From a virus, in the IMG/VR virus record IMGVR_UViG_3300037483_000555, positions 1-39,586 of that record: 39,586 bases of DNA. One strand, 5' to 3'. This document shows positions 1 to 9,164 of this stretch, piece by piece. The stretch's first letter is position 1, and each line of letters opens with the position of its first letter. The notes beneath the pieces are model-generated. The model saw only the letters and a list, made by a program, of their open reading frames with translations. It did no database searches and was not told where the DNA came from. The position numbers and the translations under genes are program-made.

Positions 1-127
1 GCCCAGATCGCGGGGCTCGACCCCATCGGTGCCGCCATCCGCATTGGAGAGATCGCGGCGACCATCACCAAGCCGGCACCGAAGAAGACCAGCGACGCCC
101 CCGCCCCGATCAACCCGGTCGGCGGAC
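1..127. repeat. Terminal direct repeat, left copy (identical to 39460-39586)
   Basis: Base-by-base reading shows gcccagatcgcggggctcgac...caacccggtcggcggac at both ends of the window. Confidence 0.95.
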
Positions 128-216
128 GCGCCGCGGCCCAGAAGGACCCCACCAAGATGAGCACCGACGAGTGGATGCGCTGGCGCAACGACCAGGCCGG
201 CATCCGTCGCCGATAA
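1..216 (+). CDS. Scaffolding protein, C-terminal part (continues from 38848 across the circular junction)
   Basis: The frame is continuous with the ORF that runs off the right end. TAA stop at 214-216. Sits between portal and coat. Confidence 0.65.
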   Translation, partial: AQIAGLDPIGAAIRIGEIAATITKPAPKKTSDAPAPINPVGGRAAAQKDPTKMSTDEWMRWRNDQAGIRRR

Positions 217-235
217 CCAACGAGGACCCTGATTC

Positions 236-1465
236 ATGGCCCAGACCATTCTCACGCCGACCGAAATAACTCGGGAGGCGCAGCGTGTGCTTCACCAGAA
301 GTTGAACTTCGTCGGCAACATCAACCGCACCTACGACGACCGATTCGCGAAGTCGGGCGCCAGGATCGGCGACACCTTGCAGATCCGCCTCCCGAACGAG
401 TACACCGTCCGTACGGGCAAGGTGCTCAACGCGCAGGAAACCAGCGAGCAGAAGGTGGACCTGACTGTCGCCACACAGAAGGGCGTCGACGTCAACTTCT
501 CCTCGGCTGAGCTCACCATGAGCTTGGATGACTTCTCCAAGCGCATCATCGAGCCGGCCATGTCGGTGCTCGCGGCATCCATCGAGTCGGATGCGCTCTC
601 CATGTACAAGGACGTGTACAATGAGGTGTCCGACGTCGGCGCCACCCTGGCGCTGGCCGACGTGCTCGAGGTGTTGAAGAAGCTGACCGACAACCTCGCG
701 CCGATGGACATGAGGACCCTGCTCCTCACCACGCGCAACAACGTCGACCTGGTGTCCGCCGCCACGACCCTCTTCAACGACCGCTCCAAGGTGGCGGAGC
801 AGTACCGGAAGGGCCTCATTGGCAACGACTTCCTGGGCTTCGACAGCGTGTACCAGAACACGCTCCTGCCGCTGCACACCACCGGCACAGACGACGGCAC
901 CGGCGACTATTTGACGGATATCGCGGCGGGCGAAGCCGATGGTTCGGCGGGGCTGCTCAATGTAGACACGGGCGCAGGCAGCTTCGCGAAGGGCGACATC
1001 ATCGAGATCGAGAGCCTGCTCGCGGTGCATCCCGAGACCAAGGTGTCCACTGGCGTCCTCAAGCAGTTCGTGGTGACCACCGCGTCCACTCCCGGCGCCG
1101 GCGGCGCCAGTCTGGCGATCAGTCCGTCGATCATCACCTCCGGAGCCCGGCAGAACGTCACCAACACGCTCGCGGACGGGAAGGCGATCTACAAGCGGGA
1201 AAGCGACAGCTCGACCGCCATCGGGAACGCGGCCGACTACTACATCGGCATCGGGTTCCACAGGGACGCCTTCGCCTTCGCGTCGGCCGACCTGCTCATG
1301 CCCAAGGGCGTCGACTTCTCGGCCCGCGAGGTCTTCGACGGCGTCTCGCTGAGGATCGTCCGCCAGTACGACATCAACAACGACAACCTTCCTTGTCGGA
1401 TCGATGTGCTGTACGGCTACAAGACCATCCGGCCGCAACTCGCGTGCAGGCTCGGCTTCAACTAG
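236..1465 (+). CDS. Major capsid (coat) protein, P22-coat-like
   Basis: 409 aa directly after the scaffold, with GAGGA before the ATG. The C-terminal ...FHRDAFAFASADL...RIDVLYGYKTIRPQLACRL resembles P22-type coat family ends as I recall them. The position matches P22 gene 5. Confidence 0.75.
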   Translation: MAQTILTPTEITREAQRVLHQKLNFVGNINRTYDDRFAKSGARIGDTLQIRLPNEYTVRTGKVLNAQETSEQKVDLTVATQKGVDVNFSSAELTMSLDDFSKRIIEPAMSVLAASIESDALSMYKDVYNEVSDVGATLALADVLEVLKKLTDNLAPMDMRTLLLTTRNNVDLVSAATTLFNDRSKVAEQYRKGLIGNDFLGFDSVYQNTLLPLHTTGTDDGTGDYLTDIAAGEADGSAGLLNVDTGAGSFAKGDIIEIESLLAVHPETKVSTGVLKQFVVTTASTPGAGGASLAISPSIITSGARQNVTNTLADGKAIYKRESDSSTAIGNAADYYIGIGFHRDAFAFASADLLMPKGVDFSAREVFDGVSLRIVRQYDINNDNLPCRIDVLYGYKTIRPQLACRLGFN

Positions 1466-1471
1466 GAGGAC

Positions 1472-1732
1472 ATGACGATGGCACTCCCCTCTGCACACGA
1501 TGTGGAAGTTGTCGGTTCCGGCGGCACGGGCGGCAGCACTCTCGGAGAAGCGGCCACCGAGAAGATCAGCTTCTACGGCACGACCCCGATCGTGCAACGC
1601 ACCGCTGCGGTCGCCACCTCGGCCGTTGGTACCGCGTCCTCGGCCGACGTCACCTCCACCCTCAAGGCGGCCGTGATCGACATCATGAACACGCTCGAGG
1701 CGCTCGGCATCTGGGCGGGCAGCGACGCGTAG
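1472..1732 (+). CDS. Small head-associated hypothetical protein with a Ser/Thr/Ala-rich centre
   Basis: 86 aa. AGGAGG lies 2-7 nt upstream of the ATG and GC3 is high. Located immediately after coat. Confidence 0.6.
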   Translation: MTMALPSAHDVEVVGSGGTGGSTLGEAATEKISFYGTTPIVQRTAAVATSAVGTASSADVTSTLKAAVIDIMNTLEALGIWAGSDA

Positions 1733-1792
1733 CGGGTGATTCTCAACGGTGGCGCCGGGGGTTCCTGCCCCCGGCGTCCACAAGGACGGCGC

Positions 1793-2485
1793 ATGAAAGT
1801 CGTGCTGTGCGTGCCCACGATTCGCCGACCGTATCCGCAGCTCCTCGCTGCCATCGCCGCCGCTGTGCCGCTGCTCGACGAGGCCGGCATCGAGCACGCA
1901 ATGGTGTCCGAGATCGGGAACCCCTACGTCAGTCAGGCGCGCAACGTGATGCTTCGCAAGGCGCTCGACGCCAAGGCGACGCACATCGTCTTTCTGGATC
2001 ACGACGTCTCATTTCGTCCGCAGGACCTCTTGAAGCTCATCCAGGCTGAGGGTGATGTGGTCGCGGGCACGTACCGATTCAAGCGCGACGTCGAGGAGTA
2101 CATGGGGACCGTCTTCACCGACAAGGACGGCTTCCCGCTGGGCCGCAAGGCGGACGGTGCGCTACACGCGCAGTGGGTGCCGGCGGGGTTCCTCAAGGTC
2201 ACGGACGGCGCGGTCAACCGCTTCATGGGGGCATATCCGCACCTGCTTTACGGGGTCCGCTACGCTCCCCACGTCGACCTCTTCAACCACGGCGCGCACG
2301 ACGGCGTGTGGTACGGCGAGGACTATGCCTTCTCGCGCAACTGGAATGACTGCGGTGGGCGTATCTGGCTCATCCCCGACCTCTCCATCACGCACCACGG
2401 CGCGGACGGGAAGGACTACCCGGGAAGCTTCCACGAATACCTGATGCGGCGCCCCGGTGGGGCCAAGGAGGTCACCGCAGCATGA
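1793..2485 (+). CDS. GT-A fold (family 2-like) glycosyltransferase
   Basis: MKVVLCVPTIRRP... N-terminus, a DHD (DXD-type) motif in VFLDHDV, and ...GEDYAF... further on. I chose the internal ATG at 1793 (AAGGA upstream) over the track start at 1736. Confidence 0.6.
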   Translation: MKVVLCVPTIRRPYPQLLAAIAAAVPLLDEAGIEHAMVSEIGNPYVSQARNVMLRKALDAKATHIVFLDHDVSFRPQDLLKLIQAEGDVVAGTYRFKRDVEEYMGTVFTDKDGFPLGRKADGALHAQWVPAGFLKVTDGAVNRFMGAYPHLLYGVRYAPHVDLFNHGAHDGVWYGEDYAFSRNWNDCGGRIWLIPDLSITHHGADGKDYPGSFHEYLMRRPGGAKEVTAA

Positions 2486-2979
2486 AGCGGGTCCTGCACG
2501 TCGGCTGCGCTCGGCAAGCGATGCCGAACTTTCTGGAGGGCTACAAGGAAGTGCGCATGGACATTGACCCGTCGTGTGAGCCTGACATCGTGGCGAACCT
2601 TCTGGACATGGGCGACATCGGCACGTTCGAGGCCGTGTTCGGGTGCCACGTGCTCGAGCACTTCACCGCGCCCGACGTGGCGCGCGTGCTCGCCGAGTGC
2701 CGGCGGGTGCTCAAGCCCGGCGGCTTCGCCGCGATGATCGTGCCGAACCTTGAGCACGTCCGCCCGACCCGCGACGTGGTCTATGTCTCGGAGGCCGGGC
2801 CGATCACGGGCCTGGACATGTACTACGGAAAGGAATCGTTCGTTTCCGAGAGCCCGTACATGGCGCACAAAACCGGCTTTGTGCCGGACACGCTGCGCGA
2901 AGCGTTCGCCGTGTTCGCTCCCGTCGAGGTGCGCGACATCTCCCAGTTCAATCTTCTGGCGATCGGAGTGAGGCAATGA
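2482..2979 (+). CDS. Class I SAM-dependent methyltransferase
   Basis: VLHVGC (motif I-like), DIDP, HVLEH and LKPGG motifs typical of the Methyltransf_11/23 type. ATGA overlap with the glycosyltransferase stop. Confidence 0.6.
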   Translation: MKRVLHVGCARQAMPNFLEGYKEVRMDIDPSCEPDIVANLLDMGDIGTFEAVFGCHVLEHFTAPDVARVLAECRRVLKPGGFAAMIVPNLEHVRPTRDVVYVSEAGPITGLDMYYGKESFVSESPYMAHKTGFVPDTLREAFAVFAPVEVRDISQFNLLAIGVRQ

Positions 2980-3188
2980 GCACACGCAAGGCGTTCCGCG
3001 CGCTGACTGTCAGCGTGGTCGAAAAGCGGTTCCTCGGCCCGGATGAGGCCATGCCAGAGGGATGGCACGAGACGCCGGCGCAGGCGCTGGAGGCCTTCGG
3101 AGCGTATCCGGCGCCGACCATCACGGTGCAGTCTGGGCCGGAGGTTCCGGTCAAGCGCAGCCCTGACCGCCACCGGAAGGGTCGCTGA
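2976..3188 (+). CDS. Hypothetical protein
   Basis: 70 aa. ATGA overlap upstream, and a 1-nt TGATG overlap (the stop's final A is the A of the next ATG) downstream. Confidence 0.45.
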   Translation: MSTRKAFRALTVSVVEKRFLGPDEAMPEGWHETPAQALEAFGAYPAPTITVQSGPEVPVKRSPDRHRKGR

Positions 3189-3868
3189 TGGCGACGGCCT
3201 CCGCCATCATCCGCCGGGCCCTGCGGCTCATCGGAGCCATCGCCGCGAGCGAGACGCCCTCCGCAGCAGAGCAGGCCGATGCGCTCGAGGCGCTGAACGC
3301 GATGCTCGACGCGTGGCGGGCCTCGTCGTTGTCGGTCTACGCCCTGCGCGACGAGACGCTCACGCTCACCGGCGCGGCCTCGTACACGATCGGGGCGGGA
3401 GGCAACCTCAACACCGCCCGCCCGGTGCGGATCGAGTCCGCGTACGAGCGGATCAACGACATCGACTATCCCGTTCGCATCGCCTCGGCCGCCGCATGGT
3501 TTGGCCTCGCGGCGAAGAGCACGACCGGCGACGTCGCCGACTGGCTGTACTACGAGACCGCGTATCCGCTCGGCAGGCTCTACCTCTACCCGGTCCCGTC
3601 GACCGGCGTGTTGCACCTCGTGACGTGGGTGCCCCTCACGGCGCTCGCGGCGGCGGATGATGTGGCGCTTCCGCCCGGGTACCAAGAAGCGCTGACCTAC
3701 CATCTCGCCGTGCGCCTGGCGCCCGAGTATGGCCGGCCCGTGACCGCGGAGGTCGCAGCCGTAGCGCGGGACGCCCTGGACAAGATCGGGCGCGTGAACT
3801 TCCGGCCGCCGATCATGGCCACCGGGCTCGGCGAGGGCCGGCAGTGGGACATCCGGAGCGACGAATGA
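3188..3868 (+). CDS. Head-to-tail adaptor, P22 gp4-like
   Basis: N-terminus IIRRALRLIGAIAASETPSAAEQADALEALNAMLDAWR parallels P22 gp4 LVRAALRKLGV...DAVDDLEAMMAEWY. It precedes a gp10-like gene, as in P22. Confidence 0.65.
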   Translation: MATASAIIRRALRLIGAIAASETPSAAEQADALEALNAMLDAWRASSLSVYALRDETLTLTGAASYTIGAGGNLNTARPVRIESAYERINDIDYPVRIASAAAWFGLAAKSTTGDVADWLYYETAYPLGRLYLYPVPSTGVLHLVTWVPLTALAAADDVALPPGYQEALTYHLAVRLAPEYGRPVTAEVAAVARDALDKIGRVNFRPPIMATGLGEGRQWDIRSDE

Positions 3869-5277
3869 TGCGCGTTCCGTTCCTCGGCGGCTCGAACACC
3901 AGCCGGAGCGTGACATCCTCCGCGGAACGGACCGTCAACCTTTACCCTGCGTTGACCCCTGACGGCAAGTCGCCCATGGCGCTGTACGGCACCCCTGGGC
4001 TCGCTCGGTTCGCTGAGATGACCGCGGGAGCTGGGCGCGGGCTGCATGTGGCCGCCGGTCGCTTGTTCGCCGTGGTCGGCGGGACGCTCTACGAGATCCA
4101 GTCCACGGGAGTCGCGACGGCGCGCGGCTCGCTCGGCAGCATCACCGCCCCGGTCTCGATGGCGGACAACGGGCAGCAGCTCGTCCTGGTGGACGGGGGG
4201 AATGGGTACAGCCTCACGCTGGCGGACAACACCTTCGCAACGCTCAGCGCCCCCGAGTGGTCGGATGCGACCCACGTCGCATTCCATGACGGCTATTTCG
4301 TGCTCAACCGCCGCGCCACGGGCCAATTCCTGGTGAGCTCGCTTTACGGCACGGATGTGGACGCGCTCGACTTCGCGACCGCAGAGGGCGCACCGGATGC
4401 GCTGGCGGCGTTACTGGTAGACCACCGCGAGCTCTGGCTGTTCGGCGAGTCCTCGACAGAGGTGTGGTACAACTCCGGCGCCGCCGACTTCCCCTTCGCG
4501 CGACTTGACGGCGCGTTCCTTGAGGTGGGCTGTGTGGCGCCGTACTCGCCGGCCAAGGCTGACAATGCGGTGTTCTGGCTCTCGCAGGACAGGACCGGCC
4601 ATGGTCACGTGATGCGGGCGCAGGGATACCAGCCCCAGATCGTCTCGACCCGGGCTGTGGAGCACGCGATTCAGGGCTACGGCACGATCGCCGACGCGCG
4701 CGGCTACACCTACCAGCAGGACGGACACTCGTTCTACGTGCTCACGTTCCCTTCGGCGGATCGAACGTGGGCGTACGACGCAGCAACGCAGCTGTGGCAC
4801 GAGCGGATGTGGTGGGATGGCGCGGAGCATCGGCAGCGCGGCGAGTGCTACGCGTTCGCGTTCGGCCGCAACCTGGTGCTCGACCACTCGAATGGGCTGC
4901 TCTACGGCCTCGACCTCGACGTCTACACCGACGACGGCGCGACGATCCGCTCCATTCGCCGCACCCAGCACCAGCACGCCGAAGGCTCGCGGCTGTTCTG
5001 GTCGCAACTCCAAGTTGATATGGAGCCTGGGGTAGGGCTTGTTTCTGGGCAGGGATCGGACCCGCAGGCCATGCTCCGGTGGTCGGACGACGGCGGGCAC
5101 ACGTGGAGCTCCGAGCACTGGAGGTCGATGGGCAGGCTGGGTGAGTACCGCGCCCGCGCCCGCGCCATCTGGAGGCGGCTCGGGCAGTCGCGCGACCGGG
5201 TGTACGAGCTAGTGATCACGGATCCGGTGAAGCGCGTCATCATCGACGCGTGGGCCGATGTCGAGGTGGCTAGGTGA
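3865..5277 (+). CDS. Packaged-DNA stabilisation / tail hub protein, P22 gp10-like
   Basis: 470 aa versus 472 aa for P22 gp10. Same position after the gp4-like gene. The C-terminal ...WRRLGQSRDRVYELVITDPVKRVIIDAWADVEV parallels gp10 ...WKRVGRIRRLIGFKLRVITKSPVTLSGCQIRLE. ATGA start overlap. Confidence 0.65.
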   Translation: MMRVPFLGGSNTSRSVTSSAERTVNLYPALTPDGKSPMALYGTPGLARFAEMTAGAGRGLHVAAGRLFAVVGGTLYEIQSTGVATARGSLGSITAPVSMADNGQQLVLVDGGNGYSLTLADNTFATLSAPEWSDATHVAFHDGYFVLNRRATGQFLVSSLYGTDVDALDFATAEGAPDALAALLVDHRELWLFGESSTEVWYNSGAADFPFARLDGAFLEVGCVAPYSPAKADNAVFWLSQDRTGHGHVMRAQGYQPQIVSTRAVEHAIQGYGTIADARGYTYQQDGHSFYVLTFPSADRTWAYDAATQLWHERMWWDGAEHRQRGECYAFAFGRNLVLDHSNGLLYGLDLDVYTDDGATIRSIRRTQHQHAEGSRLFWSQLQVDMEPGVGLVSGQGSDPQAMLRWSDDGGHTWSSEHWRSMGRLGEYRARARAIWRRLGQSRDRVYELVITDPVKRVIIDAWADVEVAR

Positions 5278-6131
5278 GCGATCTTCCTCCGCCCCCGCTG
5301 CTGGGATGGGGTGGCATCCCGCCTGTCTGGCGGCGATGGTTCACGAACCTGTTCAGCCGAGTCGGCGGGTCTACGGGTCGCATTGTGGTGATCCAGGAGG
5401 ACGGATCCGGTCTGACGGCGCTCGACGAACTCGAGCAGCGCGTGATGACCGCCATCCCCGAGCGGCCGGATGTGCCGGCGCTGGAGGCGCGCATCGCAGC
5501 CCTGGAGGCCGAGGCGGCGACCCGAGCCCCAGCCCGCGAGTCCACGGGCATCGACCAGGACTACACGCCGCGGCGCTCCGAGGCTCACAGCGGGTGGAAT
5601 GACATCCTGGCCGACATCGGCGCGGGGCGCGGCATCGGGGTGAACGCGCCGACCTGGACAGGCCTGCGGGACGGTCTCTATGGCTACGCGTTCGCCGCCG
5701 CGCAGATGAACGAAATCTGGCTCAACCTCCACATCACACATGATTACATGTGGGGGTCGAAGGTGTGGCCGCACGTTCACTGGACGACCGCGGGGACGGA
5801 CACCGGCGTCGTGCGGTGGGGCGTCGAGTACTCCTTCGCCCGGGGCTACGGCGTGGACGCGTTCCCGGCCTCGACCACGATCTATATCGAGCAGGCCGCG
5901 AGCGGCACAGCGTACACGCACATGATCGCCGAGCCGGCCGAGGCGGACGGGATCCTACTGCCGGACGCGGAGCCGGACGGCATCATCATGTGCCGCGTCT
6001 TCCGTGACGGTGCGCACGCGGACGATACGTGCACTGACGCCGCGTTCGGATTGTTCGCGGACCTGCACTTCCAGTCAGACGGCTACTTCACCAATGAGCG
6101 CAACCGCGCCTTCACAAAGCGGAGAGTCTGA
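5274..6131 (+). CDS. Tail needle/plug-position protein (coiled coil plus C-terminal beta domain)
   Basis: GTGA overlap with the gp10-like gene. It occupies the P22 gp26 position. Contains the heptad-like segment LDELEQRV...LEARIAALEAEAA. No direct similarity to gp26 was recognised. Confidence 0.4.
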   Translation: MSDLPPPPLLGWGGIPPVWRRWFTNLFSRVGGSTGRIVVIQEDGSGLTALDELEQRVMTAIPERPDVPALEARIAALEAEAATRAPARESTGIDQDYTPRRSEAHSGWNDILADIGAGRGIGVNAPTWTGLRDGLYGYAFAAAQMNEIWLNLHITHDYMWGSKVWPHVHWTTAGTDTGVVRWGVEYSFARGYGVDAFPASTTIYIEQAASGTAYTHMIAEPAEADGILLPDAEPDGIIMCRVFRDGAHADDTCTDAAFGLFADLHFQSDGYFTNERNRAFTKRRV

Positions 6132-6133
6132 GC

Positions 6134-6472
6134 ATGGCCCAGGTAGCGAAGCGCATCATTCCCGGCTCGCAGCTTACGGGCTCCGCGGCGACCTACTACA
6201 CGGCGCCAGTCAACACGAAGTGCGTCATCAAGCGGTTGACCTTCTGCAACACGTCTAGCGACCCGTGCGCCGCGACGATCCACCTAGTCACGTCGGGCGG
6301 TAGCGCAGTGGACTCGAACACCATCACCAAAACCAAGACGCTGTATCCGGCTGAGACGTGGAGTTGTCCGGACGCTGAGGGCCACGTGCTTGAGGCCGGC
6401 GGGACCATCCAGGCGCTCGCCAGCGCGGCCACCTCGATCACGATCGTCGGCTCCGGCGTGGAGATCACCTGA
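6134..6472 (+). CDS. Hypothetical small beta-rich virion-module protein
   Basis: 112 aa, high GC3, tightly packed between neighbours. Confidence 0.5.
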   Translation: MAQVAKRIIPGSQLTGSAATYYTAPVNTKCVIKRLTFCNTSSDPCAATIHLVTSGGSAVDSNTITKTKTLYPAETWSCPDAEGHVLEAGGTIQALASAATSITIVGSGVEIT

Positions 6473-6921
6473 TGGGCGAGCTCTCCCAAGCGTCCGCGAC
6501 GCTGCCTGTTCCAGGCGCGTCCCTGCGCGAGAAGATCGACGCGCTAGAGGCGCTCATGCTGCGCGAGCCGCAAGCGGAGATCGAGCCGGTCCATCGCTTC
6601 GCGCACGGCCTGTACGCTCGGGAGATCACGATCAAGGCGGGGACGCTGCTCACCGGGAAGATCCACCGGACCGAGCACCTCAACATCGTGTCGAAGGGCC
6701 GGATCATCGTGTGGACCGAGGACGGCATCAAGGAGGTCGCCGCGCCCTTCACGATGGTGTCGCGTCCAGGCACCAAGCGGGTGGGGTTCGCGCTCGAGGA
6801 CACCGTGTGGACCACGATCCACGCAACGACTGAGACGGATCTCGCGAAGCTCGAGCTGGAGTTGATCGCGCCGACGCGCGCGGCGCTGGAAGGAAAGGAG
6901 ACGACGCCATGTCTTGGGTAG
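6472..6921 (+). CDS. Hypothetical protein, cupin-like beta-barrel suspected
   Basis: 149 aa. The HRFAHGLYAREI...GKIHRTEHLNIVSKGRI pattern resembles small cupin-type phage proteins. Start shares one base with the upstream stop (TGATG). Confidence 0.45.
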   Translation: MGELSQASATLPVPGASLREKIDALEALMLREPQAEIEPVHRFAHGLYAREITIKAGTLLTGKIHRTEHLNIVSKGRIIVWTEDGIKEVAAPFTMVSRPGTKRVGFALEDTVWTTIHATTETDLAKLELELIAPTRAALEGKETTPCLG

Positions 6922-7673
6922 CGGCGGCGGTGGTCGGCGGGGCCGTGATCGGGGGCGGCGCGTCCATCATAGCGGGCGAGATGCAGTCCGGCGCTGCCGG
7001 CGACGCCGCGAGGATATCGGCCGATGCGGCGCGGTATCAGACAGACGTTCAGAGGCAGATCTACGATCAGATACGTGCGGACCAAGAGCCCTGGCGCGAG
7101 ACAGGCGCAGGCGCGCTGGGCCAGCTGCGCGAGCTCACCGGCATAGGCGAAACGCCCACCGAGCGGAGGCAAAGAGTGTTCGGCCCGGCCGGGCCGCCTC
7201 CTGCGCCCGGCGCAGCTCCGGGCTCCGCAGAGCTTCTGCGCCCCTTCGCGCTGTCGGACTTCGAGGCCGACCCTGGGTACGAGTTCCGCCGGGCCGAGGG
7301 CATGAGGGCCATCGAGCGCAGCGCGGCGGCGCGCGGCGGCGCGCTTTCTGGCGGCGCGCTCCGGGAGACTGAGCGCTTCGGGCAAGGGCTCGCGTCGCAG
7401 GAGTACCAAAACGCCTTCGACCGGTACAATACGGGCCAGACGAACACATTCAACCGGCTCGCTTCACTGGCCGGTGTAGGACAGACGTCGAACGCCGCTA
7501 CCGGCCAGGCGGGATCGAACTTCGCCAACGCAGCCACCGGCATCAGCCAGGCTGACGCAACGAACCAAGGCAACGCGATCTTGGCCGCCGGGAACGCGAG
7601 GGCCTCGGGCTACGCAGGCGCGGGCGACGCGGTTGGAAACTCCCTGGCGATGTACCCGTTCCTGAGGAGGTGA
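6909..7673 (+). CDS. Ejection/internal virion protein, positional analogue of P22 gp7
   Basis: 254 aa versus 229 aa for gp7. Hydrophobic Gly/Ala-rich N-terminus and Gly/Ala/Asn-rich C-terminus. First of three genes in the gp7/gp20/gp16 position. Confidence 0.45.
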   Translation: MSWVAAAVVGGAVIGGGASIIAGEMQSGAAGDAARISADAARYQTDVQRQIYDQIRADQEPWRETGAGALGQLRELTGIGETPTERRQRVFGPAGPPPAPGAAPGSAELLRPFALSDFEADPGYEFRRAEGMRAIERSAAARGGALSGGALRETERFGQGLASQEYQNAFDRYNTGQTNTFNRLASLAGVGQTSNAATGQAGSNFANAATGISQADATNQGNAILAAGNARASGYAGAGDAVGNSLAMYPFLRR

Positions 7674-7676
7674 CCA

Positions 7677-9164
7677 GTGGCTATCAACTATGGACTCCTC
7701 GACACGACCATCCCGGCGCAGCTCGGTGCGCTGCCGGGCAACACCCTGGCGAAGTTTCTCCAGAACCGGCAGCAAGTCGAGGATCGGACGCTGGCGCGCG
7801 AGGAGGCGGGGACACGGAACGCGCTCGCGCGCATGCAGCTCACGCGGGGGGAGCGCGAAATGGCCGAGGAGGACGCCTACAAGGGCGCGCTCGCAGGCGT
7901 CCAGGGCGGCGACTACGAGGGCGCCATGCCGAGCCTGTTGCAGGCGTCTCCGACGCGCGCCCTCGCGCTCAAGAAGAGCGTGAATGAGGGGCAGCGGTCT
8001 GGCCTGGAGACCCAGATCAAGCGGTTCGAGCTCATCGACCGCGCGGCTGGCCAGTTCGCGGCGAACCCGACGCGGCAGACCGGCGTATGGGTGCTGTCGC
8101 AGCTCGCGGCGAACGGCACTCCGCCAGAAGTGATCCAGCAGATGAGCGCCAAGCTCAACTCGGTCCGGGACGAGGAACTGCCGCAGATGGCGCAGGCGTT
8201 CCTGTCGGCGACGCGGCAGGGTATGGAAGCGCAGATCGCGCAGATGTTCCCGAAGCCGGGGCAGCAGACGCCATCGACCCTTGGCAGGCTCCTGTCCGAG
8301 CGCGATTCGCTGCCCCCTGGCGACCCCCGGCGCGCCCAGTACGACCAAGCGATCGTGATGGAGACGACGCGGAAGGAGCCTACACCTTACGTGCAGTTCC
8401 TCCCCAGCGCCGAGGGGTACCTCCGCGGCAACACGCGGACGGGCCAGGTGACCCCGGTAACGGTCGGCGGTCCCCCTCCCTCGGCGGCGCCCGCGCCGGC
8501 GCCAGGGGCCGCGCCAGGGGCCGCGCCAGGTCCCGCCGCGCCTCCCGTGGCCCCTGCGCCCCCGGCGAGGCCGCCGATGCCCGCCTCCGCCGATCCCGAC
8601 CTCCAGGCCCGTCTTGCCGCGGCGAGGGCGCGCGGCACCGCCGAAGGCGAGGCGGCGGGCAAGGCCCAGGGCGACCTTCCGAGGGCCACGGCGCAGGCTG
8701 ACGAGCTCCTCCAGCTCACTGAAGAGCTACTCGCCCACCCAGGCCTCGGGCAGGCCGTAGGCACGAGTTCGGTGCTCGGGGTGCAGAAGATACCTGGCAC
8801 GGACGCGCGCGACTTCTCGATCCGGCTCGAACAGATCCGCGGGAAGCAATTTCTCGAGGCGTTCCAGGCGCTCAAGGGCAGCGGCGCGATCACCGAGACG
8901 GAGGGCAAGAAGGCGACCGAGGCTATCGCGCGCATGGACACCTCGAGTTCAGAGCCGGAATTCAAGCGGGCGGTGCGCGACTTCCAGGGGGTGGTACGCG
9001 CCGGCCTACAGCGCACGAAGGCGCGCGCTGGCGAGGGCAAGTCACCGCCGCAGGGCGCAGACACCATGCCCCCGCCCGCCGAGCACACGGGGCGCATCAT
9101 CCGCGACTCGTCCACCGGTGTGCGCTACCGCTCGGACGGGAGCAGCTGGGTGAGGGTGCAGTGA
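7677..9164 (+). CDS. Ejection/internal virion protein, positional analogue of P22 gp20
   Basis: 495 aa versus 471 aa for gp20. GTG start 6 nt after GAGGAGG. Contains an internal Pro/Ala-rich linker. Confidence 0.45.
   Translation: MAINYGLLDTTIPAQLGALPGNTLAKFLQNRQQVEDRTLAREEAGTRNALARMQLTRGEREMAEEDAYKGALAGVQGGDYEGAMPSLLQASPTRALALKKSVNEGQRSGLETQIKRFELIDRAAGQFAANPTRQTGVWVLSQLAANGTPPEVIQQMSAKLNSVRDEELPQMAQAFLSATRQGMEAQIAQMFPKPGQQTPSTLGRLLSERDSLPPGDPRRAQYDQAIVMETTRKEPTPYVQFLPSAEGYLRGNTRTGQVTPVTVGGPPPSAAPAPAPGAAPGAAPGPAAPPVAPAPPARPPMPASADPDLQARLAAARARGTAEGEAAGKAQGDLPRATAQADELLQLTEELLAHPGLGQAVGTSSVLGVQKIPGTDARDFSIRLEQIRGKQFLEAFQALKGSGAITETEGKKATEAIARMDTSSSEPEFKRAVRDFQGVVRAGLQRTKARAGEGKSPPQGADTMPPPAEHTGRIIRDSSTGVRYRSDGSSWVRVQ

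Noticed and set aside
110-2002. 630-aa minus-strand ORF
   Set aside because: It is antisense to the scaffold end, the coat gene and the glycosyltransferase gene. Its Arg/Gly/Asp/Val-rich composition is typical of spurious ORFs in GC-rich DNA, and the plus-strand genes carry the GC3 signal and recognisable motifs.
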